A stretch of 47,942 nucleotides of DNA from Actinomycetes bacterium (lineage in GTDB: Bacteria > Actinomycetota > Actinomycetes > JAJZTN01). The stretch is taken from positions 1-47,942 of the forward strand of contig JAJZTN010000002.1 in assembly GCA_021848885.1 (NCBI GenBank), written 5' to 3'. This document shows, in pieces, positions 18,845-29,052 of this stretch. Within the stretch, counting starts at the first letter, position 1, and every line of letters begins with the position of its first letter. Both the position numbers and the translations under genes were made by a program. The notes beneath the pieces are model-generated. The model had not been told where the DNA came from and ran no database searches. It worked only from the letters and a program-made list of their open reading frames with translations.

Positions 18845-20140
18845 GTGCCGGTGAGCTGGCCCGAGGTTGTCGCGCTGGCCAGCCTGGCCGGCGTGCTCGG
18901 CTTCGCGGCAGCCCGACCGCGCGGGCTGCCCGAGATCGTCGCGGCCGGCCCGGCGGCCCTGCTGGTGCTGCTGACCGGGGCGGTGTCGGTGCCCGAGGGG
19001 CTGGCCGAGCTGCGCCGGCTGCTGCCGGTGGTCGGTTTCCTGGTGGCGATCCTGGTGCTCGGCCATGCCTGCGACGAGGAGGGGCTGTTCACCGCGATAG
19101 GGGACCGGTTGGCCGGGGTCAGGCTGAGTGGTCGGCCGGACCGGCTGCTCGCGACGGTTTTCCTCGTCGCGGCCCTGACCACCGCCGTGCTCAGCCTCGA
19201 TGCCACGGTCGTGCTGCTGACCCCCGTGGTGCTGGCCGCGAGCCGGCGACTGCGGGTGCGGGCCCGCCCGCACGCCCTCGCCACCGCACACCTGGCCAAC
19301 TCCGCGTCGCTGCTGCTTCCGGTGTCGAACCTGACCAACCTGCTGGCCCTGCAAGCCACGCGACTGAGCTTCACCGGGTTCACCGCCCGGATGGGTCTGC
19401 CCTGGCTGGCGGTGGTCGCAGTGGAGTACGCCGTGCTGACCCGCTGGTTCAGGACCGACCTGCGGCCCCGGCTGCTCGCCCCGGAGTCGACCCCGGCCAC
19501 AGCCCCGGCGCCATCCCCGGCCCTGGCTCCGGTCCGGCCGATGCCACGCCTGGCCCTGGCCGTGCTGGCCGCCGTGCTGGTCGGCTTCATGCTGGCCCAG
19601 CCGCTGGGTGTCGCGCCGGGCTGGGTGGCCGCCGCCGGCGCCGGCGTGCTGGTCGCGCGCGGGGTGGCCCGCGGCCGCCTGGGCGCCCGCGCCGTGCTGG
19701 CGGCGGCGAACCCGGGTTTCGCCGCCTTCGTGCTGGCCCTGGGGGTCGTCGTGGCTGGGGTGGCCCACGGTGGACTCGCCCACCTGCTCACCCGGCTGAG
19801 CCCGGTCGGCTCCTCGCTGCCCGCCCTGGCCGGGTGGGCGCTGCTCGCGGCGGTGCTGGCCAACCTGGTGAACAACCTGCCGGCCACCCTGCTGCTGGTC
19901 CCGGCCGCCGCCGGGGCAGGGCCGGTGGCCGTGCTCGCCGTGCTGCTCGGGGTGAACATCGGGCCGAACATGAGCTACCCGGGCTCATTGGCCACGCTGC
20001 TGTGGCGGCGGGTCGTGGCGCACCACGGCGAGCCGGTCCCCGCGCGGCAGTTCCACCGCATCGGGGCGGTGACGGTGCCGCTGAGCGTGGCCGCCGGTGT
20101 CCTCGCCCTGTGGGTGTCCGCGCGGGTGCTGGGTGGCTGA
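18845..20140 (+). CDS. ArsB/NhaD-superfamily (SLC13-type) permease
   Basis: Polytopic membrane protein with motifs like ...LVAILVLGHACDEEGLF... and ...NLVNNLPATLLL... GTG 18845 is in frame with tracked ORF 18476-20140; the upstream extension was rejected. Confidence 0.78.
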   Translation: MPVSWPEVVALASLAGVLGFAAARPRGLPEIVAAGPAALLVLLTGAVSVPEGLAELRRLLPVVGFLVAILVLGHACDEEGLFTAIGDRLAGVRLSGRPDRLLATVFLVAALTTAVLSLDATVVLLTPVVLAASRRLRVRARPHALATAHLANSASLLLPVSNLTNLLALQATRLSFTGFTARMGLPWLAVVAVEYAVLTRWFRTDLRPRLLAPESTPATAPAPSPALAPVRPMPRLALAVLAAVLVGFMLAQPLGVAPGWVAAAGAGVLVARGVARGRLGARAVLAAANPGFAAFVLALGVVVAGVAHGGLAHLLTRLSPVGSSLPALAGWALLAAVLANLVNNLPATLLLVPAAAGAGPVAVLAVLLGVNIGPNMSYPGSLATLLWRRVVAHHGEPVPARQFHRIGAVTVPLSVAAGVLALWVSARVLGG

Positions 20141-20142
20141 GC

Positions 20143-21051
20143 TCAGTCCCGCTCGCCGGGCAGCGCGGGCCCGGTCAGACCGAGCGCAGCGGCGACATCG
20201 GGCCGGCGGTAGCCGGCTCCCTTGAGCACTTTCCCGTCATCCCGACGCTCGGCGGTGCGACCTGCGGGGCCCGCGGGATCGCCAGCGTCGGGGTGCTTGC
20301 TCAGGTTGGACCGGTGCACCTCGGCCAGCACCGCATCCAGGTCGATGCCGTAGGTCAGCGCCGTGCCGTAGGCGACGTAGACGACGTCGGCGAGCTCGTG
20401 GGCGACCGCCAGCACGTCCCGGGCGGCCACCGCCGCCGCCAGCTCGCCCACCTCCTCGTCCAGCAGCCGCTGGCGTAGGGCCGCGACCTGCTCCGGCACG
20501 GCCGCCGCGTCGGGGCTGGTCGCCACAGGCAGGTCGAAGACCCGGTGGAACTCGGCAACAAGTGCGGCCGGTGACCCCGGTGTCGGGACCGGTGTCAGCG
20601 CACCCGCCGGCGGCGGGGCGAGCGCCGGGGCCAGCGTCGGGCCGGTCGCGGCGTCCAGGGCCACATTGACCAGCCGGTCGGCTGCTGCGTTCTGCGCCCT
20701 CGGCACCCAGGTCCAGCGCACCCCGCCGGCCGGGAGCAGGTCGCGCGCCTGCAACGCGAGCTTGGCGATAGCGGCGTTCTTGATCTTCCACCCGCCCGAC
20801 ATCTGCTCGACGACGAGCTTGGAGTCGAGCCGGACCTCCACCTGCGCACCCGGGTCGATCTCGGCGACCGCGGCGAGCCCGGCGATGAGCCCGCGATACT
20901 CCGCCACGTTGTTCGTGGCCTGCCCGAGGAACTCCGCCCGCTCGGCCAGCACCTCGCCGGTCTGGGCGTCTCGCACCAAAGCGCCGTACGCCGCCGGACC
21001 GGGGTTGCCGCGCGAGCCCCCGTCGGCCTCGATGATCAGTCGACGGGTCAC
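20143..21051 (-). CDS. RNase HI fused to a C-terminal MazG-like all-alpha NTP pyrophosphohydrolase domain
   Basis: N-terminal DEDD RNase H motifs (EADGGSRGNPG, NNVAEYRGL, RLDSKLVV, NAAADRLVN). A Pro/Ala linker follows. The C-terminal region has LLDEEVGELAAA...ELADVVYV. GTG 21051 overlaps the upstream stop (GTGA). Confidence 0.8.
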   Translation of the reverse strand: MTRRLIIEADGGSRGNPGPAAYGALVRDAQTGEVLAERAEFLGQATNNVAEYRGLIAGLAAVAEIDPGAQVEVRLDSKLVVEQMSGGWKIKNAAIAKLALQARDLLPAGGVRWTWVPRAQNAAADRLVNVALDAATGPTLAPALAPPPAGALTPVPTPGSPAALVAEFHRVFDLPVATSPDAAAVPEQVAALRQRLLDEEVGELAAAVAARDVLAVAHELADVVYVAYGTALTYGIDLDAVLAEVHRSNLSKHPDAGDPAGPAGRTAERRDDGKVLKGAGYRRPDVAAALGLTGPALPGERD

Positions 21052-21791
21052 AGGCCCGACTCGTCGGTGCGCACCAGGATGCGTCGGCACTCCTCGCACC
21101 GGAGCACCTCGTCCGGCTCGGCGGCGCGGAAGCGGCCGAGATCCACGGAGTTGAGCTCGAGCCGGCAGCCCTCGCACTGACGGTGGCGCAGCGCGGCGGC
21201 CCCCACGCCACCGGAGCCGGCCCGGATCTTCTCGTAGAGCTCGACCAGGCTCGCATCGATCTGAGAGGACAGCACGTCGCGCAGCACCCGGGTGGTGCCC
21301 ACCTCGGCGTCGATCTCGGCGAAGGCGGCGTCCCGGCGCTCGATGAGCTCGCCTTGGGTGGCGGTGAGCCGGTCACGCTCTGCCAGCAGCTCGGTGGCAT
21401 GCCGCTGAGCGCTCTCGAGCCGCTCCATGATCTCCAGCTCGATGTCCTCCAGCTCCCCCTGCCGGCGGGCCAGGGAGGCGATCTCGTGCTGCAGGCTCTC
21501 CAGCTCCTTGGGCGAGGAGACCTGGCCAGCGTCCAACCGGCGCTGGTCCCGCTCGGCACGCTGGCGCACCTGCTCGACGTCGGCGTCGGCCTTGACCTGC
21601 TCCCGGGTGATGTCCTCGACCTCGGTGCTTGCCGCCACGAGGAGGTCGGCGACAACGACCAGCCGGGATCCGACCGTCTCGAGCTCGGCCAGCTCCGGAA
21701 CCCCGGCGCGGCGGTGCATGAGCTGGTCGAGCCGGGTGTCCATCGCCTGCAGGTCGAGCAGGCGATGCTGGTCGTGGGCTGCGGCTTTCAG
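21048..21791 (-). CDS. Zinc-ribbon coiled-coil protein (DUF164, Rv2229c-like)
   Basis: Coiled-coil body and C-terminal CEGCRLEL...RCEECRRILV zinc ribbon. The N-terminus aligns by memory to MKA... of homologues, which here would need CTG 21791-21789. The first ATG is at 21743. Confidence 0.78.
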   Translation of the reverse strand: MKAAAHDQHRLLDLQAMDTRLDQLMHRRAGVPELAELETVGSRLVVVADLLVAASTEVEDITREQVKADADVEQVRQRAERDQRRLDAGQVSSPKELESLQHEIASLARRQGELEDIELEIMERLESAQRHATELLAERDRLTATQGELIERRDAAFAEIDAEVGTTRVLRDVLSSQIDASLVELYEKIRAGSGGVGAAALRHRQCEGCRLELNSVDLGRFRAAEPDEVLRCEECRRILVRTDESGL

Positions 21792-21793
21792 GG

Positions 21794-22960
21794 TCAGCTC
21801 CTCGGGTCGCGGGCAGGTGAGGGCACCAGGTGGCGGGTCCAGGGATCGGTGCACGTCGTGGACACCCGGGTCTCCACCGTAGCCCCGACAGCGGCGAGGT
21901 CCTCCACCAGCAGTCGGGCGGCCAGACCCAGCCAAGGCCACTCGCTGGCCCAGTGCCCGATGTCCACCAGCGCCGGGTGGCCGTGCTCGAGTGACTCCGA
22001 GGCTGGGTGGTGGCGCAGGTCGGCGGTGATGTAGACGTCGGCATCGGCGGCGCGGGCCGCCTCGAACAGGTCGTCGCCGGAGCCACCGCACACCGCAACC
22101 CGGCGCACCGACAGGTCTGGCGCGCCGGCGGCGCGCACCCCGACGACCGTGGCCGGCAACGCGGTGACCAGACGGTCCAGCAGCACGTCGAAGCGGACCG
22201 GCTCGGCGAGCTCCCCGACCCGTCCGGTCCCGCGGGGTCCCGGCCAGCTCGCCTGCTCGAAGACGTCGTACGCCGGCTCCTCGTAGGGGTGCGTGGCGCG
22301 CAGCGCGCCCAGCACGGCCACCCGGCGCTGCCGCGGCGCGACCATCTCCACGCGCGTCTCGCGCGGCGTGCTCACCGCACCGACCTCACCGACCGTCGGG
22401 TGCGCCCCCGGCAGCGGGGCGAAGGTGCCGGTGCCCTCGGTGGTCCAGGCGCAGCGCTGGTAGTTCCCGATCCGACCGGCTCCGGCGGCAGCCATCGCGT
22501 CGATGAGACCCTGGGCATGCTCGACCGGCACGAACGTCACGATCTTGTCGAGCGGCTCGGCGGGCAGAGGCAGCAGCGGGGCACGGGCCCCGATGCCGAC
22601 CACGTCGGCCAACGCGTCAGAGACCCCCGGGTCGGCCGCGTCGGCGTTGGTGTGGGCGGTGAACAGCGCCACACCGTTGCGGACCAGGGTGTGCAGCACC
22701 CGTCCCTTGGGCGTGGTCGCGGCGACCCCGTGCACTGCGCGAAGGAACAGCGGGTGGTGGGTGAACAGCAGGTCCGCGCCCCAGCGCAACGCCTCCTCGG
22801 CGACAGCCGCAACGGGGTCGACGGCCAGCAGCACCCGGCGCACCGGAGCCGACGGGTCCCCGCAGGTCAACCCCACGGCATCCCAGGGTTGGGCCCACGC
22901 CGGCCGGTAGCGGGCCTCGAGCACGTCGACGATCTCGCTGACCGAGGCTGGGTCGGACAC
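21794..22960 (-). CDS. Nif3-like dinuclear metal centre protein (Rv2230c-like)
   Basis: Motifs ...DLLFTHHPLF...FTAHTNAD...AVCGGSG...ITADLRHH. GTG 22960 follows GAGGAG. The tracked N-terminal extension runs through tRNA-Val and was rejected. Confidence 0.9.
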   Translation of the reverse strand: MSDPASVSEIVDVLEARYRPAWAQPWDAVGLTCGDPSAPVRRVLLAVDPVAAVAEEALRWGADLLFTHHPLFLRAVHGVAATTPKGRVLHTLVRNGVALFTAHTNADAADPGVSDALADVVGIGARAPLLPLPAEPLDKIVTFVPVEHAQGLIDAMAAAGAGRIGNYQRCAWTTEGTGTFAPLPGAHPTVGEVGAVSTPRETRVEMVAPRQRRVAVLGALRATHPYEEPAYDVFEQASWPGPRGTGRVGELAEPVRFDVLLDRLVTALPATVVGVRAAGAPDLSVRRVAVCGGSGDDLFEAARAADADVYITADLRHHPASESLEHGHPALVDIGHWASEWPWLGLAARLLVEDLAAVGATVETRVSTTCTDPWTRHLVPSPARDPRS

Positions 22961-23040
22961 GTCGTGCTCCTCTGTCGGGCTACCCTCGGTTGGCCGGGGG
23001 ACACGCGCGGTGGCTGCAGCCGCTCCAGCGCGCACCCACG

Positions 23041-23112
23041 TGGGCGCAGACGGGTTCGAACCGCCGACCGCCGGTGTGTAAGACCGGTGCTCTACCGCTG
23101 AGCTATACGCCC
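23041..23112 (-). tRNA. tRNA-Val (anticodon TAC)
   Basis: Minus strand GGGCGTATAGCTCAGCGGTAGAGCACCGGTCTTACACACCGGCGGTCGGCGGTTCGAACCCGTCTGCGCCCA folds as a cloverleaf. Acceptor GGGCGTA/TGCGCCC, T-loop GGTTCGAACC. Confidence 0.95.
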
Positions 23113-23215
23113 GATGCGCCCGGGAGCCTACCGGCCCGAACCGGCGGCGAGGTCGGCCAGCGGCTCCCACGCACATCCGCTGGATCAGGGCTCTTGCGCG
23201 CGGCAGGATTCCGGC

Positions 23216-24226
23216 GTGTCCTGCGACGCCCAGCCTCTGCGCCCGCTGCCCGGCGAGCGCGGGCTCGCCTCAGGTGGCCCCGAGCGGCTCACGCCCCTGG
23301 TGCTCGACGCCTGGGACAGCTTCCTCACCCTGGCCGAGACGCTCGAGCTGGACGCACCGTCCCGCTGCCCGGGGTGGACGGCCCGGGAGCTGCTGGCCCA
23401 CCTGGGCTCCTGGCCCCAGCACCGCCTGCTCGCCGACGCTCTCGCCGACGCGCAGGTCGCCGCCCTCGCCGACGCGCGGGCCGAGGCCCTCGGGGACGCG
23501 CGGGCCGAGGCCCTCGGGGACCGCCCGAGCTGGTCGACCCGCAGCATCGACCAGCAGGAGCGCAACGCCCGGATCGTGGCGCAGCACGGACGCGAGCCCC
23601 GGGATGTGATCATGGACGCGCTCCGCGCAGCCCGGACCGAGACCGCGACGACACTGGCGGCCGAGAGCACGGCCGAGCTGGGCACGACGCCGGTGCCCAC
23701 CATGCTCGGCGCCCTTCCGCTGCTCGGTCTGGTCGCCGCCCTGGGCTACGAGCTGGCGGTGCACGCGATGGATCTTGCGCCCTGCGGGGCCGCGGTCACG
23801 CTGCCCGCGCCGCTGGCCACAGCCGGGCTCGCCGCACTGGCCGACGTCACCGGCGCCCTGGCGGCCCGCAACGGGCTCGCCGTGACGTTCGCCGTGAGCA
23901 CCCCGTCGAGCTGCTGGGCGACCGGAACAGCGGAGGGGTCGTGGACGACGGCGGCCATCGGCGGGGGCGCCCTGCCACACCCGGTGCACTGGCCGGCGAT
24001 CATCGGCAGTGCCGAGGTGGTGCTGGACGTCTCGGCTGGGCGAGCGCCGGTGCCCCAGATGCTGCTCACCCGCCAGCTGCGGCTGCAGAACGTGACGGGG
24101 CTGCTGGAGCTGGCCACCGTCCTGGACGACGTGCCCAGCCTTCCCGGCGGAGCGGCCCTGCGCGCCGCGGCGCGCTACCTGGGCGGGGTGGGCCGACTGC
24201 TGCGGCGGCTGCCGGGCGTGAGCTGA
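23216..24226 (+). CDS. Maleylpyruvate isomerase-family mycothiol-dependent (DinB-like) protein with SCP2-like C-terminus
   Basis: N-terminal ...CPGWTARELLAHLGSW... motif of the MDMPI_N/DinB fold. GTG 23216. Contains a perfect 24-bp in-frame duplication. Confidence 0.7.
   Translation: MSCDAQPLRPLPGERGLASGGPERLTPLVLDAWDSFLTLAETLELDAPSRCPGWTARELLAHLGSWPQHRLLADALADAQVAALADARAEALGDARAEALGDRPSWSTRSIDQQERNARIVAQHGREPRDVIMDALRAARTETATTLAAESTAELGTTPVPTMLGALPLLGLVAALGYELAVHAMDLAPCGAAVTLPAPLATAGLAALADVTGALAARNGLAVTFAVSTPSSCWATGTAEGSWTTAAIGGGALPHPVHWPAIIGSAEVVLDVSAGRAPVPQMLLTRQLRLQNVTGLLELATVLDDVPSLPGGAALRAAARYLGGVGRLLRRLPGVS
23471..23518. repeat. Perfect 24-bp tandem duplication inside CDS
   Basis: gacgcgcgggccgaggccctcggg at 23471-23494 is repeated exactly at 23495-23518 (protein DARAEALG-DARAEALG). 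Confidence 0.95.
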
Positions 24227-24254
24227 CCGGCGTGGGCTGACCCAGGTGGGCTGA

Positions 24255-24698
24255 CTACCGCCGGGACCGCGGAGCGACCAGGCGGGTGCCGGTCCAGTCG
24301 GCGGCAGCCGACACCGTGGAGGTCGCCGCCAACCCGGCGGTGGGTGCCGCGTCCCCGATGTCGCTGGGCTCGACGTGCCCGGGCCGGCCAGCCTTCGGGG
24401 TCAGCAGCCACACCACTCCCCCATCGGCCAGAGACACCAGCGCGTCGACGAGGGCGTCGACCAGGTCACCGTCCCCGTCACGCCACCACAGCAGCACGAC
24501 GTCGACCACGTCGTCGACCACGTCGGTCTCGTCGACGTCGTCGCCTACCAGCTCGGTGCCGGTGGTCTCCTCGATCGCCTCGCGCAGGCTCTCGTCACAG
24601 TCATCGTCGTACCCGATCTCCAGGACAAGCTGTCCCGATCGGATCCCGAGCCGCGCCGCGAGGGTCTGACCCTCGGCGGAGCCCGCGGTGGCGCTCAC
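24255..24698 (-). CDS. DUF3052 domain protein (Rv2239c-like)
   Basis: Sequence ...LGIRSGQLVLEIGYDDDCD...VVLLWWRDGDGDLVDALVD...VWLLTPKAGR... matches my memory of DUF3052. It neighbours aceE as in mycobacteria. GTG 24698 after GGGGAGGGG. Confidence 0.78.
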   Translation of the reverse strand: MSATAGSAEGQTLAARLGIRSGQLVLEIGYDDDCDESLREAIEETTGTELVGDDVDETDVVDDVVDVVLLWWRDGDGDLVDALVDALVSLADGGVVWLLTPKAGRPGHVEPSDIGDAAPTAGLAATSTVSAAADWTGTRLVAPRSRR

Positions 24699-24952
24699 TG
24701 GTGCCCCTCCCCTGTGTGTGTCTGTGTCTGCATCGTCGGTGTTTGCAGTGTGGTGTCTATCGCGTCTGTGGTGCCGATGTCACTCGGGCAGCCACACCGT
24801 CGCGACGGCGGCGGCAAGGCTGCTCGACTCCGGACCGATCGCAACGGGTCCTTGCCGTCGTAGTCCAGCGGAGCCGGGGCCCGCACGCAAGCCCCCAGCA
24901 CCGCGCGACCTCACAGCCCCTCGCCGGCGCGCCGGCGTGGAACACTCCCCCG

Positions 24953-26023
<1,071 letters not shown>

Positions 26024-26214
26024 CAACGCCCGTACGCCGTGCGCCCTACCTCGTACGCGCCGGCAGAGCGCGGGCAGCGCGCGGCCGCGGATCAGCCACG
26101 GATACCGTGGGAGGCACATGACGGCCGCACGGCGGCGTAGCACGATGGGGTCGCCAGCCTCCACAAGAGGCGACGACAAGAGGTGTCGGCACCGGCCGGC
26201 GCGGGAGGACGCAC

Positions 26215-28956
26215 GTGACCAGCGAGCGAGCGCGCATCATCAGCAACGGACTGCCCAGCCAGCTCCCCGACATCGACCCGGAGGAGACCGCCGAGTGGCT
26301 GGAGTCCCTCGACGCGGTGGTCAACGAGCGTGGGCGGACCCGGGCGCGCTACCTCATGCTCAGCCTGCTGCAGCGGGCCCGGGAGAACAACGTCGGCGTG
26401 CCGAGCCTGACAACCACCGACTACATCAACACCATCCCGCCCGAGGCCGAGCCGTGGTTCCCCGGTGACGAGGAGCTGGAGCGCTCGATCCGGCGGATCA
26501 TCCGCTGGAACGCCGCGATCATGGTGCATCGGGCCCAGCGGCCAGGCATCGGCGTGGGTGGGCACATCTCCACCTACGCGTCCTCCGCCTCGCTCTACGA
26601 GGTGGGCTTCAACCACTTCTTCCGCGGCAAGGACCACCCCGGCGGCGGCGACCAGATCTTCTACCAGGGCCACGCCTCTCCCGGGATGTACGCCCGGGCC
26701 TTCCTGGAGGGCAGGCTGAGCGAGGACCGCCTCGACGGGTTCCGCCAGGAGCTGTCCCACCCCGGCGGCGGGCTGCCCTCCTACCCGCACCCGCGGCTGA
26801 TGCCGGACTTCTGGGAGTTCCCCACCGTCTCGATGGGCCTCGGCCCGCTCGGGGCCATCTACCAGGCCAGGTTCAACAAGTACCTGCACAACCGCGGCAT
26901 CAAGGACACCTCCGACCAGCACGTGTGGGCCTTCCTCGGCGACGGCGAGACCGACGAGCCCGAGGCGCTCGGCGCCATCGGGGTGGCCGCCCGCGAGGAG
27001 CTGGACAACCTCACCTTCGTGATCAACTGCAACCTGCAGCGGTTGGACGGCCCGGTGCGGGGCAACGGCAAGATCATCCAGGAGCTGGAGTCACTCTTCC
27101 GCGGTGCCGGCTGGAACGTCATCAAGGTCATCTGGGGCCGGGAGTGGGACCCGTTGCTGGCCGCCGACGTCGACGGTGCACTGGTCAACCTGATGAACGT
27201 CACCCCGGACGGTGACTACCAGACCTACAAGGCGGAGTCCGGGGCCTTCGTGCGGGAGAACTTCTTCGGCCGGGACCCGCGCACCCGGCGCATGGTCGAG
27301 CACATGAGCGACGACGAGGTCTGGGCGCTGCGCCGCGGCGGGCACGACTACCGCAAGCTCTACGCCGCCTACGACGCGGCGATCAAGCACACCGGCCAGC
27401 CCACCGTGATCCTCGCTAAGACGATCAAGGGCTGGACGCTGGGCTCGCACTTCGAGGGCCGCAACGCCACCCACCAGATGAAGAAGCTGACCCTGGAGGA
27501 CCTCAAGGCCTTCCGGGACCTGCTGCACATCCCGGTGGCTGACGCCGACCTGGAGGCCAACCCCAAGAGACCGCCGTACTACCGGCCCGGCGACGACAGC
27601 TCCGAGGTGGCCTACCTGCGCGAGCGTCGCCAGGCCCTTGGCGGCTACCTGCCGGCACGCCGGGTGAGGCCCAAGCCGCTGCAGCTGCCCGGCGAGGCGG
27701 CGTACGAGGTGATCCGACGCGGTTCGGGCAAGCAGCCGGTGGCCACCACTATGGCCGCGGTCAGGCTCATCAAGGAGCTCATGAAGGACCCGGTCATCGG
27801 GCCGCGCTTCGTCCCGGTCATCCCGGACGAGGCCCGCACCTTCGGGATGGACTCGCTCTTCCCGACGGCGAAGATCTACTCCCCGCACGGGCAGAACTAC
27901 ATGTCGGTGGACCGCGACCTGATGCTCGCCTACAAGGAGGCCGTCACCGGGCAGATCCTGCACGAGGGCATCAACGAGGCCGGGTCGGTGGCGTCCTGGA
28001 CCGCGGCGGCCACCTGCTACGCCACCCACGGCGAGCCGATGATCCCGCTGTACATCTTCTACTCGATGTTCGGCTTCCAGCGCACCGGCGACGGGCTGTG
28101 GGCCGCGGCGGACCAGATGGGACGGGGCTTCCTCTTCGGTGCCACGGCCGGGCGGACCACGCTGACGGGCGAGGGGCTGCAGCACAACGATGGGCACTCA
28201 CCGCTGCTGGCCTCGGTCAACCCGGCGGTCGTCTTCTACGACCCGGCCTATGCCTACGAGATCGTCCACATCGTGCGGCACGGGCTCGAGCGGATGTACG
28301 GCGAGGACGCCGAGAACGTCTTCTACTACCTGACGATGTACAACGAGCCGGTCCCCCAGCCGGCCGAGCCGGACGGGCTGGACGTCAACGGCCTGCTCAA
28401 GGGCATCTACCAGGTCTCCCGCTCCCCCTACGCCGGGGAGGACCGGCCCCGGGTGCAGCTGCTGGCCTCCGGGGTGGCCCTGCCGTGGGCCCTGGAGGCC
28501 CAACAGCTGCTGATCAACGACTGGGGGGTGGCCGCCGACGTCTGGTCGGTCACCTCCTGGACCGAGCTGCGTCGCGACGCGCTGGCCGTCGATGACTGGA
28601 ACCTGCTGCACCCCGAGGAACCAGCCCGCATCCCGTTCGTCACCCAGGTGCTGCGGGAGGCACCCGGCCCATGCGTCGCGGTCAGCGACTACATCCGCGC
28701 CGTGCAGGACCAGATCGCGCCCTGGGTGCCCGGTTCCTTCGTCTCGCTGGGCACCGACGGCTTCGGCTTCTCCGACACCCGTCCGGCGGCCCGCCGCCAC
28801 TTCAAGGTCGACGGGCCCTCGCTGACCCTGCGCGCGCTGACCGAGCTGGTCCGCGCCGGCGAGCTCAAGCACGAGGTGATGCGCGAGGCGATCGAGCGCT
28901 ACCGGATCCTCGACGTGGCTGCCGGGACCTCCGGCAGCGAGGGCGGGGACGCCTAG
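26215..28956 (+). CDS. aceE: Pyruvate dehydrogenase E1 component (homodimeric type)
   Basis: 913 aa with canonical AceE sequence throughout ([11 protein letters not shown]..., GDGETDEPE..., [14 protein letters not shown]...). GTG 26215 after GGGAGG. Confidence 0.96.
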   Translation: MTSERARIISNGLPSQLPDIDPEETAEWLESLDAVVNERGRTRARYLMLSLLQRARENNVGVPSLTTTDYINTIPPEAEPWFPGDEELERSIRRIIRWNAAIMVHRAQRPGIGVGGHISTYASSASLYEVGFNHFFRGKDHPGGGDQIFYQGHASPGMYARAFLEGRLSEDRLDGFRQELSHPGGGLPSYPHPRLMPDFWEFPTVSMGLGPLGAIYQARFNKYLHNRGIKDTSDQHVWAFLGDGETDEPEALGAIGVAAREELDNLTFVINCNLQRLDGPVRGNGKIIQELESLFRGAGWNVIKVIWGREWDPLLAADVDGALVNLMNVTPDGDYQTYKAESGAFVRENFFGRDPRTRRMVEHMSDDEVWALRRGGHDYRKLYAAYDAAIKHTGQPTVILAKTIKGWTLGSHFEGRNATHQMKKLTLEDLKAFRDLLHIPVADADLEANPKRPPYYRPGDDSSEVAYLRERRQALGGYLPARRVRPKPLQLPGEAAYEVIRRGSGKQPVATTMAAVRLIKELMKDPVIGPRFVPVIPDEARTFGMDSLFPTAKIYSPHGQNYMSVDRDLMLAYKEAVTGQILHEGINEAGSVASWTAAATCYATHGEPMIPLYIFYSMFGFQRTGDGLWAAADQMGRGFLFGATAGRTTLTGEGLQHNDGHSPLLASVNPAVVFYDPAYAYEIVHIVRHGLERMYGEDAENVFYYLTMYNEPVPQPAEPDGLDVNGLLKGIYQVSRSPYAGEDRPRVQLLASGVALPWALEAQQLLINDWGVAADVWSVTSWTELRRDALAVDDWNLLHPEEPARIPFVTQVLREAPGPCVAVSDYIRAVQDQIAPWVPGSFVSLGTDGFGFSDTRPAARRHFKVDGPSLTLRALTELVRAGELKHEVMREAIERYRILDVAAGTSGSEGGDA

Positions 28957-28999
28957 CTGCGCCTCGTCGGGTCACCCGGGGTCGCGGCGGCGTACGCGG

Positions 29000-29027
29000 G
29001 GGGCTTGTCACTCCCTGACAAGTCCCC
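29000..29027. terminator. Hairpin downstream of aceE (terminator or operator candidate)
   Basis: GGGGCTTGTCA-CTCCC-TGACAAGTCCCC. The CTTGTCA/TGACAAG arms are perfect complements. It lies 44 nt after the aceE stop and 26 nt before the next start. Confidence 0.4.
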
Positions 29028-29052
29028 GTTCACGAACACGTAGGCTGCGACC

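Noticed and set aside
22961-23176. N-terminal extension of the Nif3-like ORF (start at 23176)
   Set aside because: The extension translates straight through tRNA-Val (...YSSAVEHRSYTPAVGGSNPS...). GTG 22960 with a GAGGAG RBS gives a normal-length Nif3 protein.
24699-24952. Metal-sensing riboswitch upstream of the CDF transporter
   Set aside because: I could not recognise the conserved cores of the NiCo (czcD) or Mn (yybP-ykoY) motifs by eye. It is kept only as a low-interest observation that needs a covariance-model scan.
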